A DNA stretch of 64,000 bases, from positions 24,056,001 to 24,120,000 of the forward strand of contig NC_043020.1 in the NCBI RefSeq assembly GCF_006345805.1, read 5' to 3'. Under the pieces are notes generated by a model. It saw only the letters and a program-made list of their open reading frames with translations, ran no database searches and was not told the origin of the DNA. Origin of the DNA: Octopus sinensis. Lineage: Eukaryota. Each line of letters starts with the position of its first letter. Within the stretch, counting starts at the first letter, position 1. Of the stretch, positions 12,963 to 25,997 are shown one piece after another. The position numbers were made by a program, and so were the translations under genes.

Positions 12963-14688
12963 ATCCCGTGTAGTTAATAATTGAGCTTTTCAGCCATGTA
13001 GTTTTAAGTTTTGGTTAAGAGCTTTCAATCATCATAAGAACCGGCCTACCAATCTCACGTGAGTGAATTTGTGAGCGAAAACTGTGTGGAAGCCCGTTCT
13101 TTGTGTGTGTATATCGGTGCAAATACACTGAAAAGACCGTTCCTATTATTTACTCTTTAGTCAGCCCTGTTTCACCATAATTATAAGGCACTCCACTCTT
13201 GACCATCCCGTCTTTTTTTTTCGGAGATTATGTATTTAGAAATGCTTATTCAATGTGTCGTTTGTGAAAATAATTGGAAGATAGGTTTTGAAAATTTGGC
13301 TGCTATTTCTACGAGATCAAAGAACCACATAAATACTATAGCCAGTGCTGGTGAATTTTTTTATATTGTTGTGGTTTCTTTTCTTATTGATATTTTCGTT
13401 TTTAAATTGTCTACGATTTATGATATCCGATTGGTTTGCTGGTGTATAGCTCATGATTTTGCAGATCCCCGTTACCAATACTTTTATATTTAGCAACTCT
13501 ATTTTATGAGAAATATCAATTAGTCCCACGAGTAGGTACTACTCAACACTATCGAAGTATATTTACGTTTATGGTTATACAAGGAAAAAGAAGATAAAGA
13601 ACAGTAACGAATGAAATTTCCTCAGGAACCCCTTATCAATCTTTATAGCAGAAATTCTGTAGAGCTTTATGTATGCCCGTTTATAGTTATAAAATCTTTA
13701 CAGTTAAATCTGTATCCGGGAAAAACGCTGATGGTTTTCAAAGTATTAATCCATACGAAGGTTTGGAGAACAGCTCCGAAAGTTTATTTACAATATTGAG
13801 CGAAAAGATATAACGTTTCGGATATTTGTCATTCATCTCTATTTAAGAAAGTGAGAGAGAGAGAGAGTAGGTAAAGTAGGGAGGGGAATTAGTTATAGGG
13901 ACTTTAGATAAATCCAATATAGAAATAGAATACGTCAGAGGCTAAACGTCGAAAGGCTTCAGTTAATACTCCAACAACGGGCTACTTATTGATAAGGTTT
14001 CTCACGAAAAGCTACCATTCATAGAGAATTATAAAACGAATTAACACCTGACCAACTAGAAATAGCAGTCCAAGTTCACCTGAAATCACACGTTGAGGAA
14101 TTATTCCTTGCATAACGCTATCTCCTGAGATTGTCCGAATAAAAGATAAGGCCATTGCAGAAGCTCCTTTGACCATAATCCTACTGGATTAAGATAACGC
14201 TGGGGTTAAAGGACAACCAAATGCTATGCAAACAAATATACAACGCATGCGCACACACGCACACACAGACTGCAATTTTTTTCAGAGACGACACTAAGCT
14301 GCAGGTAGTGTACCTGTCGATGCATAAAATGCTGTACGGCTAAGAAATTCGCTTTGAAACCATATGGTTTCTGGTTCAACCCACTGCGTGGAACCTGCAG
14401 TTGTCGGATGATCAATATTTTTTAATGAAACCGAGAGACAGAAACTGCACGGAATCCCGTTTTATATTAGTACGTGAGGGTGTTCGTTCGCCTCTCTTCG
14501 TATTTGCTTACTGGTCACCGCTTGCCAAACAGTGCCGGTTTGTTTCCATCACAGTATCTTAGTGATTCGGCAAATAGTGCCTGATATAATAAAGTCCAGA
14601 CATAAAATAAGTGTCAGGAAGGATTGATGGTCTAAATTCATGGCGGTGGTAATGGAGCTGAAATCCAATAATTAAAGAGTGTGCTTTA

Positions 14689-14740
<52 letters not shown>

Positions 14741-14859
14741 GGATGTTGGAACACAGTTATAAAAGACGTCACCAATGCCGATGTTTGCCAGCTGTTTCTA
14801 GTTTCTGTGGCCCAAAATTCTTTAGATTTTAAAATAATTTCTATGTATGCAACGGCGTG

Positions 14860-15300
14860 AGTTGTTTTGTTACTCATACAGCAAACATTTACCAAACCTA
14901 AGTCTGTTGTGGATAACTTCAAACACAGAATCCAGAAAAGCCTGCATATTATTTAGAATGTATTCATCCATTGAAGAGAACCATGAGAGCGAATCGTGAA
15001 ATATCCTAATTAACACAGGACGTGGTCAAGCGTTTCGCACCTTCATCATACATGATATTTATGCAACCATGCCGGAAGTTCTCCGTCCATTTTAGACAGT
15101 CCGTAAAAAATAACTCAACGATTCCATACTGTGCAGGAGTCGCAGAATAATTTCGGCTCCTGATACAAACACAGTCGACAGAAAACTGGTTAAAGAACAC
15201 TACTGCTTTCCTTCACACAGAACAGAGTCAAGAGTGTCCAAAGTCAACGTAAGAACAAATACAATTTGAAAATCGGCTCCGAGTTGACTAATGGAAGACC
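14860..15300 (-). pseudogene. Highly degraded mariner transposase N-terminal fragment
   Basis: Translated pieces QYG...KWTENFRHGCINIMYDEGAKRLTTS and SVFEVIHNRLRFGK...KQLT resemble the mariner HTH region and the WVPxxLT linker. Confidence 0.6.
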
Positions 15301-15384
15301 ACTTCTAGAGATCCGCGCGCATCTATAATTCCTCGCTAATACATAAAAATATAGTACATTGCGGATAATTAATGACTTGTGTGC

Positions 15385-15418
<34 letters not shown>

Positions 15419-16429
15419 AATGTATATATGTATTTGTGTGTCTATATATGTGTGTGTGACTCTCAACATAAATAGTAACACAACGTAGATATTTTTACTT
15501 GATTTAAGAGAAGTTATAAACGGCCATTTTATTTGTCCTGATTGTTCTTTTCTCAGCCACGGTAATATGATATAATATAATAATATAATGATAATATAAT
15601 ATAATCTACACAATTATAATGTCTATTTGTGTTCTTTGTTCGCTTTATTTAAGATAAGATAAATAGTATATATATTTAATTTCATTGTCTGGTTTTTGTT
15701 AACTGGACTGTACAAGGCGAGGAAGAAAAAAGGAGCGAACGAAAATAAGAGGTTTAAGTTTTGAAGTGTGTGGATGCTTTCATACACACACACTCACACA
15801 CACACACACACACACAAATGTGTGTGCATGTATATATATGTAGTATGTTAACGAGTGTGTGTGTGTATACACATGTGACTTATATGTATAAATATATAGG
15901 TATATACACAAATATATCTATATATGTATGTAAACGGCTTTATATATATACATACATCTTTGTATGTGTATACATATGTATATATTTTATATATACACTT
16001 TGTATATATTTTTATACTCGTATACAAACACACACACTCACACACACACACTCACACACACACACTCACACATTTATATGTATATGCACACGGATACGCA
16101 ATATGTTTGTGAAAGAGTGAGATTTTGGAAGAATTAAAAATATAGCAGAATTCTACAAGAAATTTAGCTGTCAATGAAATATTATTTAATTCATTTTAAA
16201 TTCATTTTTACTTTCTAACATTTAATGAATGCTAATTAGATACAACCTTTACTTTTTCAACTAATTACTCTTTGCCCTATTAAACTTAATTATATAAGAC
16301 ACAGACAGACCGACTTACAAGCAAATTACACATATATTAACACAGTCGTATAGTGCTTCGATAAAACCAACTACCTTCTTTGTCTGTTTTTGTTTTTGCC
16401 TAGCTGCGCGCTCACATATGCTGGTTTCA

Positions 16430-16740
16430 CATTTTGGCACAAGGCCAGCAATTTCGGGGAAGGCGGATCGACGATTAGATCGATCCCAGTGCTCGACTGG
16501 TACTTGTTTTATTGACCCTGAAAGGATGAAAGGTAAATTTTACTTCAGCAGTATTTGAACTTAGAACGTAAAGACAGACGAAATGTTGCTAAGCATTTCG
16601 TCCGGCATGCTAACGATTGTGCCAGCTCGGTATGGTGGAGCGGGTAGTCGAATTCTTTAAACGCAGTATTTGACAGGTACTTATTTTATAGACCCCGGAA
16701 AAAATTAAAGTCGACCATGACGGAATTTGAACTCTGAACA
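16430..16740 (-). mobile_element. SINE family A, two units
   Basis: GACCCTGAAAGGATGAAAGG...GAACTTAGAACGTAAAGACAGACGAAATG, then a second partial unit. Confidence 0.85.
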
Positions 16741-16744
16741 AGTA

Positions 16745-16910
16745 TTTCTGTGTGGTTAAGAAGCTCATTTTGCAGTCATGTTGTTTTTTGGTTCAGTCCA
16801 ATCGCGCAACACCTTGACCAACTGATATCCACTATAGCTCCACACCAACTAATACCTTTTGTATGATTTGGGTAGACGGAAACTGCGTGGAAGCCAGCCC
16901 GCCGTCTCTA
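16745..16910 (+). mobile_element. SINE family B, 5' half
   Basis: TGTGTGGTTAAGAAGC...GGTTCAGTCC...ACCTTG...GGTAGACGGAAACTG. Confidence 0.8.
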
Positions 16911-17499
16911 TAAGTGCGCGAACTCGCACATGTTTTTGTGTCCTTGTCATCCGACCTGACGCTCGACAGAGGATTTGGTTTCTTGAAGTCCCTCTTACTT
17001 GACATAGTGCTGAGTTGATGTTTCTCGACTAAATCCTTCATGGCTGCGCTTCAACATAATGCCACATATCAAATTTTAATTTCGTATTTATGTTCGGTTT
17101 GCGAGATTCTTGATGTGAATTTGTGTGTTGAAACAAATCTTGTCTTGGTGGTGGGGGGGGTGATTTATAGCAAACATGTGCGTGTGTTGGTATTGGTGGA
17201 ATGACCCTCCCAAGGCACAACACAAAGATCTAATGTTATTTTGTTAATTCTCAACAATGACATTTCCGGGCGCTACGCCTTTTTCACAGAATATTTCTTA
17301 TACCAAATACAGAATTATATTATTTTAGTTTTTGCTATTTTCCATTCTTCCAATACAGTTCAACTGGGCGCAGTATCACATTCTCTGAAACATAGTTTCT
17401 CTGATAATCTGATGCATTTTAACGAGGATTAGCTTTGCTGAAACAATGGCGGCCATGCTCTGAGTAAACAAGGACATACGACGATACTCATCTGTTAAC

Positions 17500-17976
17500 T
17501 TTTACTTGGTTCAGTCATTAGACTGCGGCTATGCTGGGACAGCATTTTCAGTTAAGCCTGGTACTTATTCTATCGGTTTTATGGGAATGTAAACACATCA
17601 AAACCGGTTGTCAAGCGGGGGTGGGGAACGCACGCACACACGCACATACACACACACGTACACACGCGCATAAACGCACACATACACACTTACATACATA
17701 CATATCAAACTGTAAAATGTAACTACATGTGGATTGTTGGCGATATTTTTCCTCAGTTTTCTTTTTCTCTTAGACTTTCCTCTGTCTCTTGTTTCTGAAG
17801 AAGGGCTTTGCTCGAAACGTAAAACACCCTTTCTTTCCTTCCCTGAGCGTCTTATTAACACTTTGCATGTACCACGTCCTCGCCCTGTTGCTTTTTCTTA
17901 TTGTCTTTTTCTCTGTTTTAATTAATTATATACATACATACATACACATATATATATGTATATGTATATGTATATA

Positions 17977-18031
<55 letters not shown>

Positions 18032-18175
18032 GTATATATATATATATATATGTATATATATGTATATGTATATATAATATATATATATATGTATATATAT
18101 ATATGTATATGTATATATGTATATATATATGTATATATTTATATATATGTATATATATATAAATGTATATGTATA

Positions 18176-18216
<41 letters not shown>

Positions 18217-18322
18217 TATATATATATGCGACGGGCTCTTTACAGTTTCCGTCTCCCAAATGCACACACAGCGTTTTCATCAGCCCAAGACAATTGTAGA
18301 AGACACTTACCCAAGGTGCCAC
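17500..18322 (-). mobile_element. SINE family B split by a Penelope-like insert and (TA)n
   Basis: Tail at 17500-17630; body at 18227-18322, truncated at CCAAGGTGCCAC. Confidence 0.75.
17790..17826 (+). ncRNA. Minimal type I hammerhead ribozyme motif within a Penelope-like terminal repeat (about 17720-17925)
   Basis: UGUUU-CUGAAGA-A-GGGC uuu GCUC-GAA-ACGU-A^-AAACA: 5-bp stem I, 4-bp stem II, palindromic ACGU stem III, GUA cleavage triplet. Confidence 0.7.
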
Positions 18323-18523
18323 CACCTGGGTAACTTGAGTGGAATTCACTCTGGTGAAATTGCTGAGACCAGGTTTTCGGTTTAAGGAATGCTCCCTAGC
18401 TACCAGCAGTCTCGAAGACCCTGAAAGTGTAATGGATTCGGCTTTCCCTCCTGATGAAAAAAGAAAAAAAATTACGTCTGATAGAAACTCATAATGGGCA
18501 TGGCTGGAATGCTTTTGGTCATA

Positions 18524-19796
18524 CGAGGGGCGTTCAATGCCCCTGACCGACTTCCCATAGCAGTAGAGCAACGAAACTTGGCACAGCGATTAGTCTTTTT
18601 CTACATAGGAACCACCCAGAGTTACGCATTTCTCTCATCGTTTGATGCAGCTCTGGACACTGTTTTTGTAGAAGACCCCAGTTTGATACTCCAACCACGA
18701 CGTGACTTCAGAAATCAAGGCTGCATCATCTGGGAAACGCTTTCCTTTCAAAAACAACTTCATGGCTGGGAAGAAGTGAAAATCAGAGGGTGCAAGGTCA
18801 GGAGAGTAGGGGGGAGGAGTTCATAGCCGCACGCCTGTGCTTCTGATCTGGCGACATGCGAGTTGTGGACCGGAGCGTTGTAGGAGAAGGATACCTTTGC
18901 TGATCTTGCTCCGCCTCTTGATTTTGATAGCTTCTCTTAATTTCCTCAAAAGTGAAGCATAATAGGCTCCTGTAATTGTGGCACCCTTTGCCAGGAAATC
19001 TGTCATCACTACTCCGTCCTGGTCCCAGAAGACTATGAGCATGACCTTGCCAGCGGAGGGCTGCACCCTTGCCTTCTTTGGAGGAGGTGAGTCACGGTGC
19101 TTCCACTACATTGACTGAGCTTTGGTCTCTGGATCATAGTGATGGACCCAGGTTTCATCCTGTGTAATCAGTCTTTTGAAAAATTTTGACTCATCTTCTT
19201 GGCACATCTCTAAATTCATCCTCGAGCACTCGAAGCGTTCTTGCTTTTGGAAAGGTGTGAGCAACCTGGGAATCCATCTGGCAGACACCTTTTGCATATG
19301 CAAACGGTCATGAATGATAGTTTCCACAGACCCGGTACTAATCTTGACCTCATGGGCTATTTGGCGAATAATTATGCGTCGATCTTCCAAAATGGCAGCC
19401 TCAACTTGACAGACAGATGCCTCATCAATGGCAGAAATGGGGCGACCAGATCTGGGAGCTGTTTCCAAAGAGTTCCGACATGTTTGAATTCACGATGCCA
19501 GCGTTTTACAAGGTCATATGATAGGGCATCATCACCATAAGTTACTTTCATTTCATCAAAAGTCTCCCGTGGTGTGCATCCTTTCAAATACAAAAACCGG
19601 ATCACTGCTCGACACTCAACAGGCTCCATTTCACACTTGACTCAGTTCAAACACCTGTAAATCAGAAACCACAATTAGTTCAGAGCTGTAAGTTGCCACT
19701 TCATCTACAGAGATATAAATAATTGCATATGCAAAATTTCAGCTACATCAAACAACAGCAGGTGGATCAGGGGCATTACTTATTGAACATCCCTCG
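18524..19796 (-). mobile_element. Full-length mariner transposon, irritans-like (Himar1/Hsmar2 type)
   Basis: TIRs CGAGGGGCGTTCAAT / ATTGAACATCCCTCG, TA on both sides (18522-23, 19797-98), length ~1.27 kb. Confidence 0.95.
18590..19629 (-). pseudogene. Mariner DD34D transposase, frameshifted
   Basis: MEPVECRAVIRFLYLKG..., SARWIPRLLT, ITQDETWVHHYDPETK, KVMLIVFWDQDG, YSPDLAPSDFHFFP...SYVEKD*, spread over several frames. Confidence 0.95.
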
Positions 19797-21242
19797 TAGG
19801 TCTGTCTGTATTCATTCAGCATTAGGATGAGCTTAAGACCAAAACCGTCCGTTATTGCGGCAGCAAAATTTGCGATCAATAAAAGTAGTTTTCGTAAACT
19901 TTAAAAGCATTTTCTCGATATTTCTTATTCTTCTTTTGACCGAAATATTTTGATGGAGATATTTTAAAAGATTCACCAAAGTGAAAAGAACAGCAGAAGG
20001 AAAATGAAAGAAAGAAAAAGGAAGGAAGAGAGGCCGAAACTAAGGAAAAATTAAAGAAAAGATTGGAATAACAAAAGAAAGACAAAAAAAAAATGGAATA
20101 ATTCCAATGTGTTGTGGAATTGAAAGGGCAAATATTCCAAAGGTGTAATTTCCTTACACACACTACGCACTCACCACAAAACACACACACACATGCACAC
20201 ACATATACGCACGCACACACACATATACAAGTGTGTGCGTGTGTGTTTATGCTAGTGCATACGTTTATCTGTATATATGTGTATGTCTGTGTCTGTATAT
20301 ATATGTGTGTGTGTATTTTTTTAATATACTTGTGTAAATATATATATGTGTGTGTATGCTTGAGTATATATATTTGTATATGCATATGTGTTTGTATGTG
20401 TGAGTATATATTTTTGTGTATATATATGTGTATGTATGTGTGTGTGTGTATGTTTGAGTATATATTTTTGTGTATATATATGTGTATGTATTTGTGTGTG
20501 CGGGTGGATATATTTGCATATGTGCACCGTATATGTTTATGTATATGTCTACGTATATCTGTGTGTATATATGTATAATGAGAGTGCGCTGAGTTTGGCT
20601 CGCAGCCCACTCTTGTAGCAATATCAATATTATCATAATGACTTTGGCGTAATTAGAACCCGCAACCTCAGGCACTATTCCATGCAAATCAAATAACGTT
20701 CTTATATGTCACTGCCAGATTCTTTCTTGAGTAATTCCTTCAGTAATATTTTGTATTTTATTTTTGTCTATTCATCTTTATTTTCTTTAGACTTTTATAA
20801 AATTCATGCATTTTTTATGTTGTTACACCGAGACATTGTGCATTCAGACGTACACTGGAAAAAATTTCTGAGAAAATCGAAAAGGAGGGACATGGAGAGA
20901 ATGATAGGGAGAGGATTACAGGTGAGGGGGGGGGGCATAAAGATAGAGAGAGATGCTAAAGACGCACAGACAGGACTTTTTAGAACAACTAGATGCAAAT
21001 TGGGTCTACAGGTATTTTTTATAGAGGCTGGGAATTGGGCAGTGATAAAAATATAAAATATCAATTATATGCCAGTAACATACGCCTTTGATAGTTATGG
21101 CCATGCTGTAGCACCGGTATATATTAATGTATATCTCCTTATAAGCCAGACTGTCAGGTGGTATACATCGCTGGTCACAACGTACCATCTCGAATTCTTT
21201 TAACATTCAAATGATACTAAACTACTGGTTAGGTAAGCAGGC

Positions 21243-21286
<44 letters not shown>

Positions 21287-21666
21287 AAGACAAAAAATAA
21301 TAGAATAATTCCAATGTGTTGTGGAATTGAAAGGGCAAATATATATATATAGGGGAAAAGTGAAAAGAAATAAAGATAAAAAGACGGCAATTTTTTTCTA
21401 AAAACAAAATCACTGTTGATTCAGAGTCAGTGAACAGAGATGACGAAACCAGTATGACCTTCTATATTGACACGTGATAATGATTTTTATAATTCTTAAT
21501 TCCACCTCAAATCATTTATTTGTATGTTTATATCTTTGTTTTTATTTTTAAAAAGCCATTATTTTTTTAATATCAAGTGTGCATCTTCTTTGTGCTTTTT
21601 GTTTTTACTTTTCAGCTACTTAACCACGTGTCGTCTTTTTTCCTTGAAACCTCTTTTTGTTTATAT

Positions 21667-22029
21667 CTTTGTTTCAGTAATTTGACTGCGGCCATGTTGG
21701 AGCACCGCCTTTAGTCGAACAAATCGACCCCAGGCCTTATTTTTTGTAAGCCTAGTACTTATTATTTAGGTCTCTTTTGTCAAACTCCTAAGTTACGGGC
21801 ACGTAAGCACCTCAATATCGGTTGTCAAGCGATGGTGGTGGACAATCGCACCAACATATATATACATAACAGGCTTCTTTCAGTTTCCATCTACCAGATT
21901 CACTCACAAGGCTTTGGTCGGCCCGTAGCTATAGTAGAAGATACTTGCCCAAGGTGCCACGCAGTGGAACTGAACCCTGAACCACGTGGTTAGTAACCAA
22001 GGTACTTACTACGCAGCTACTCCTACGCC
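21667..22029 (-). mobile_element. SINE family B, complete
   Basis: Tail, body and head match the family consensus. Confidence 0.9.
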
Positions 22030-23724
22030 TATGCATATACATATATATATATATATATATAGGACAATTCCACGCAAAAGGAGACAAAAACTGAAAAATC
22101 ATAATAAAATTGCTTTCATAAGCCAATAGGATTCCAAAAGACAAACAAAAGAAAAAGACCCAATTCTTCGGGATATTGTCATGTAACCAGGGCAGCAATC
22201 TCCAGGCAGAACCAGAGTAAAAGTACAGTTTAGCAGTGATATTTTTGGGGAGGATCTTGCTTGTCGTCAAAAACTGAGTTCACTATCGCCATTAGAATTT
22301 GTTGCGTCAGTTACATTTAGGCCTTATGAGTTTAGTCTACAAAATCCTGACAAATAATTACTTGAAACAAATACAACCATCATGAAACGTTTTAAGGGAG
22401 TCTTTTATTCTTATACACAGCTGTTCATATTTTCAGTTACATGTACCTGTTTGTGCACTGTTCAGGGAAATTTTATCCACATTATGATCAGTGACTGCTC
22501 TATTATAATGGCTTCCACAGTTACCTGAACGCATGTAAAATGTCTAGATTGAATTATATAAGACATTATGCATGTGCAGCAATAAGCTTCAAGAAGCGTT
22601 ATTTAGAACTTTGTCTTCAAGTACAACACACATTTTGAATACATGATGTGTGTTTTACCTCTTGATCATTTCCTCGTCCTCCTCATTGATCAAAATAGAA
22701 ATGTGGAATACTAATTGGTATCTAAGTTTCAGTGTTGCGTCAGTTACACATTTCTAGATGGAAATGTTGCATAAGTTACGTGTACCTGTTGCGTCAGTCA
22801 CATTTTACCAAAGGCACTACAACATGTACTAAACAATAGTGTTGGATATGAAAACATGCACAACATCCATACCACTTCGGATTTCTTTTGATATAAAAAC
22901 TATTTGTACGTGTAAATTTTCTGCACAGGGTTTCCAGCATAAGTACCACCAAGTCAGGTATCATGCCTTCTTTCCGCTGCGTTAGTTACGCAAGTATTTA
23001 GTCACTCTAAGTTCGATCATAGGATTACACACAGAGTAACATTGTTTATGGGCCACAGCAGTTAAATTATTCATGCGTCATTACATTTCAGTTAGCTTAT
23101 GTAACATGGTAGAAAATATTTAGTATTAAAAAATTCTTGTAAATATTGCGCCAGTTACAATGAGATTGCTCTATAATGAAAATATGGCACAGAGAAGGAC
23201 AAAAGGACAAATCAGAAAACATACACACATAACGGACTCAGATATGTGTAATCCCTCATTAGTTGTCGACCAAATACCATCATAGTTTTGACACCTTCCA
23301 ACCATTAGTGTTCCGTTTGACGGCGTCAGCTACGTAAGCCGCTGTGGTATAAATGAGCACCCATCTACCACTGACTGAATGTTTGATTAATCGATCGCAG
23401 TAAATTTTTTAAAGAAGAGCATAGAGGAGAGAGAAGAATGTAAAAGAGGTGGGCAGAGCGGTAGAGAGGAAGAAAATAAAATAGAGGGCAAGAAAGTAGT
23501 GGGGAGCCTGATAAATAATTTAAGGCATGATGAGGGTGTTTTAAACTCGTGGGTCCCATCCTCGAGGGTGTCATCCCCCAGGAATGGTAGGAAACCACCA
23601 ACAAATGACAGATGCAGCGACGCGTTGTTACAGTGCATACTACTACTACTACTACTACTACTACTACGTTCAACTGCATATAATGAATTGCATTGTATCA
23701 AAAGTAGAAGTCAATATATAATAT

Positions 23725-23865
23725 AGTGTTGTGCGTGGCTGTGCGGTAAAAAGTTTTCTTCCCAATTGCAAGGTTCCGGGCTCAGCGCCACTGCGTCGCA
23801 CCTCGGGTCGACCAAAGCCTTGTGAGTGGATTTGGTAGACGGAAATTGCAAGAAGCGCCGGTCGC

Positions 23866-23900
<35 letters not shown>

Positions 23901-23911
23901 CGCGTGCGTGC

Positions 23912-23948
<37 letters not shown>

Positions 23949-24050
23949 CGTGCGCCTTTATGTCAGTGTTTGTCCCTCACCACCGCTTGACAACTGGCGT
24001 CAGTACGTTTACGACCCCGTAAAATAGTGGTTCGGTAAAACGGCTGAAAC
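23725..24050 (+). mobile_element. SINE family B, with internal deletion
   Basis: GTGGCTGTGCGGTAA...GGTTCCGGGCTCAG...GGTAGACGGAAATTG...(GT)n...CGCTTGACAAC. Confidence 0.85.
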
Positions 24051-25109
24051 GAGTAAATGAAAGATGAACCTCAGTATATCAGGGGGTGTAGGCCACTCTT
24101 TGGCATCAGGGTATTTGGAAACGTTCATAATGGCGCTCCTTTGCAATTAACCTGCGTTTCTTTTCTTAAAAAACTTTAATGGAGTGGTTTTTCTTTTTCA
24201 AAGTTATTCGAAAAATTGTATTTCATACAAGTATTCGCCGCTTACTTTGTATGTGCGCTTTAACGTAAATGAAGAAAATTGTATCGAAACATAATTTCAA
24301 CCAATCGTTTTGTGTCTTGGCATCCACTTCTTTTTCCGAATACACTGTATGTTACTACTTTGTTAATTCGGACAATTAGGACATTTTAAATTCTAAATAT
24401 AAGAAACAATTGATTATCATATTTAATTGGATGTTGTATGCGATTATCAATTAACAAAATCAGAACGGGCCTTGCTCGATAGAAATTTGTTTTTACGAAA
24501 ACTGATTTTGTGATTTTTCCTTTCCTTGCAAAAAAACGAGTTCTACTTTTCTTAAAATATTTAGACCAATCACAACCTTTATTGCTGTTCTCTGCATTTC
24601 GAATATGTTATCTACAGTGTTTGGGAGGGTGAATCAAATTAAATACCATTCTTGTAAGCTAGATTGACGGAATAGTGAGACCGACAGACGTTGATTCCTT
24701 ACAGTGTTGCTTTCCGGTTAATTGCGCTCTGAAATCTGGATGGTAGCTGTAATCAGCACGGCACTGGTCCCGAGTATCTTTAGCGGAGTTCACTGCTGCA
24801 AGCATTCGGACCAAATCTCCAATTTAAGGATTAATTCGTCTCATCATTCCACTAGTTTCAGAGCTGTAAAAAGTATATGCTCCCCCACTACTTCTGCTTG
24901 TGATCAGAGATGCACATATCGCCAGCCACTAAGGGACATGGTCAACCGGTTAAGGTCAAACAACTGACAAGCAAATCTGTGGTATTGAGCAGAATATTTG
25001 CTGTAGCTCATCTTTTTATACCAAGACAAAACCATATACATGATTACACTTCCAATCATTTAAGATCAGAAGCCATGAGAGCCACTGCCTGGTACTTATT
25101 ATTATTATT

Positions 25110-25809
25110 CAGTAGTTTTATTTTTTATAGCGTGCTTTCACTTCACTACCGAGCGCAACTCTGTGTGCCTTGGGTATGTGCTGTGATTTGTTGTGATACT
25201 CTGATGGTTATTGTATGGAAAGTGTTCTGCGTAGGATGTGTGCAGTGCCTAGTAGCGCAATTTTCTCTATGTTATATGTGTTTGTAAGTCCTGGTGTTTT
25301 TGTTATGTATTTGTCTGAATAATTTTTTATCATGCCTAATGCACCTACTATGATAGGAATTGTTTCTGATTTTAGGTTCCACATTCTGGTTACCTCTATT
25401 TCCAGGCCTTTGTATTTTGAAAGTTTCTCCATTTCTTTTAGAGACACGTTGTCATCTGCCGTATTGATACACCAATTAGAAAGCATTTTTTTCTTCATGA
25501 TCTCTGACAACTATATCTAGTCTGTTGGCCTTAATTTCTCTATCTGTGTGTATCGCCATATCCCAGAGTATGGTTGCTTTCTCGTTTTCTGTGACCTTTT
25601 CTGGTGTGTGCCTATAACATCTTTTTTCTGTTGTTATTCCATAATGTTGGCATAGCTTCCAGTGTATGTAGGTTCCAACTCTGTCATGTCTGTGAATATA
25701 TTCCTTCTTAGCCAGGACTGGGCAGCCAGAGATAATATGATTTATTGTTTCTTGTCCATCTCCACATATTCTGCAGTTACTTGTTATATTTCTTTTCATT
25801 ACATGTTTT

Positions 25810-25812
<3 letters not shown>
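25110..25812 (-). mobile_element. 5'-truncated R4/Dong-like non-LTR retrotransposon (CCHC plus restriction-like endonuclease, 3' UTR)
   Basis: CRICGDGQETINHIISGCPVLAKKEYIHRHD...ILWDMAIHTDREIKANRLDIVVRD, then a frameshift to DDNVSLKEMEKLSKYKGLEIEVTRMW...IIVGALG...TAHILRRTL*; (TAA)n/(TTA)n on both sides. Confidence 0.85.
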
Positions 25813-25876
<64 letters not shown>

Positions 25877-25920
25877 TATTATTATTATTATTATCATTAT
25901 TATTATTATTATTATTATTA

Positions 25921-25997
<77 letters not shown>
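25813..25997. repeat. (TAA)n followed directly by (TTA)n: inverted microsatellite
   Basis: Strand switch at about 25875 (AATAATTATTATT). Confidence 0.95.

Noticed and set aside
24320-24350. Tc1-like terminus (reverse complement TACAGTGTATTCGGAAAAA)
   Set aside because: No matching second TIR was found nearby.
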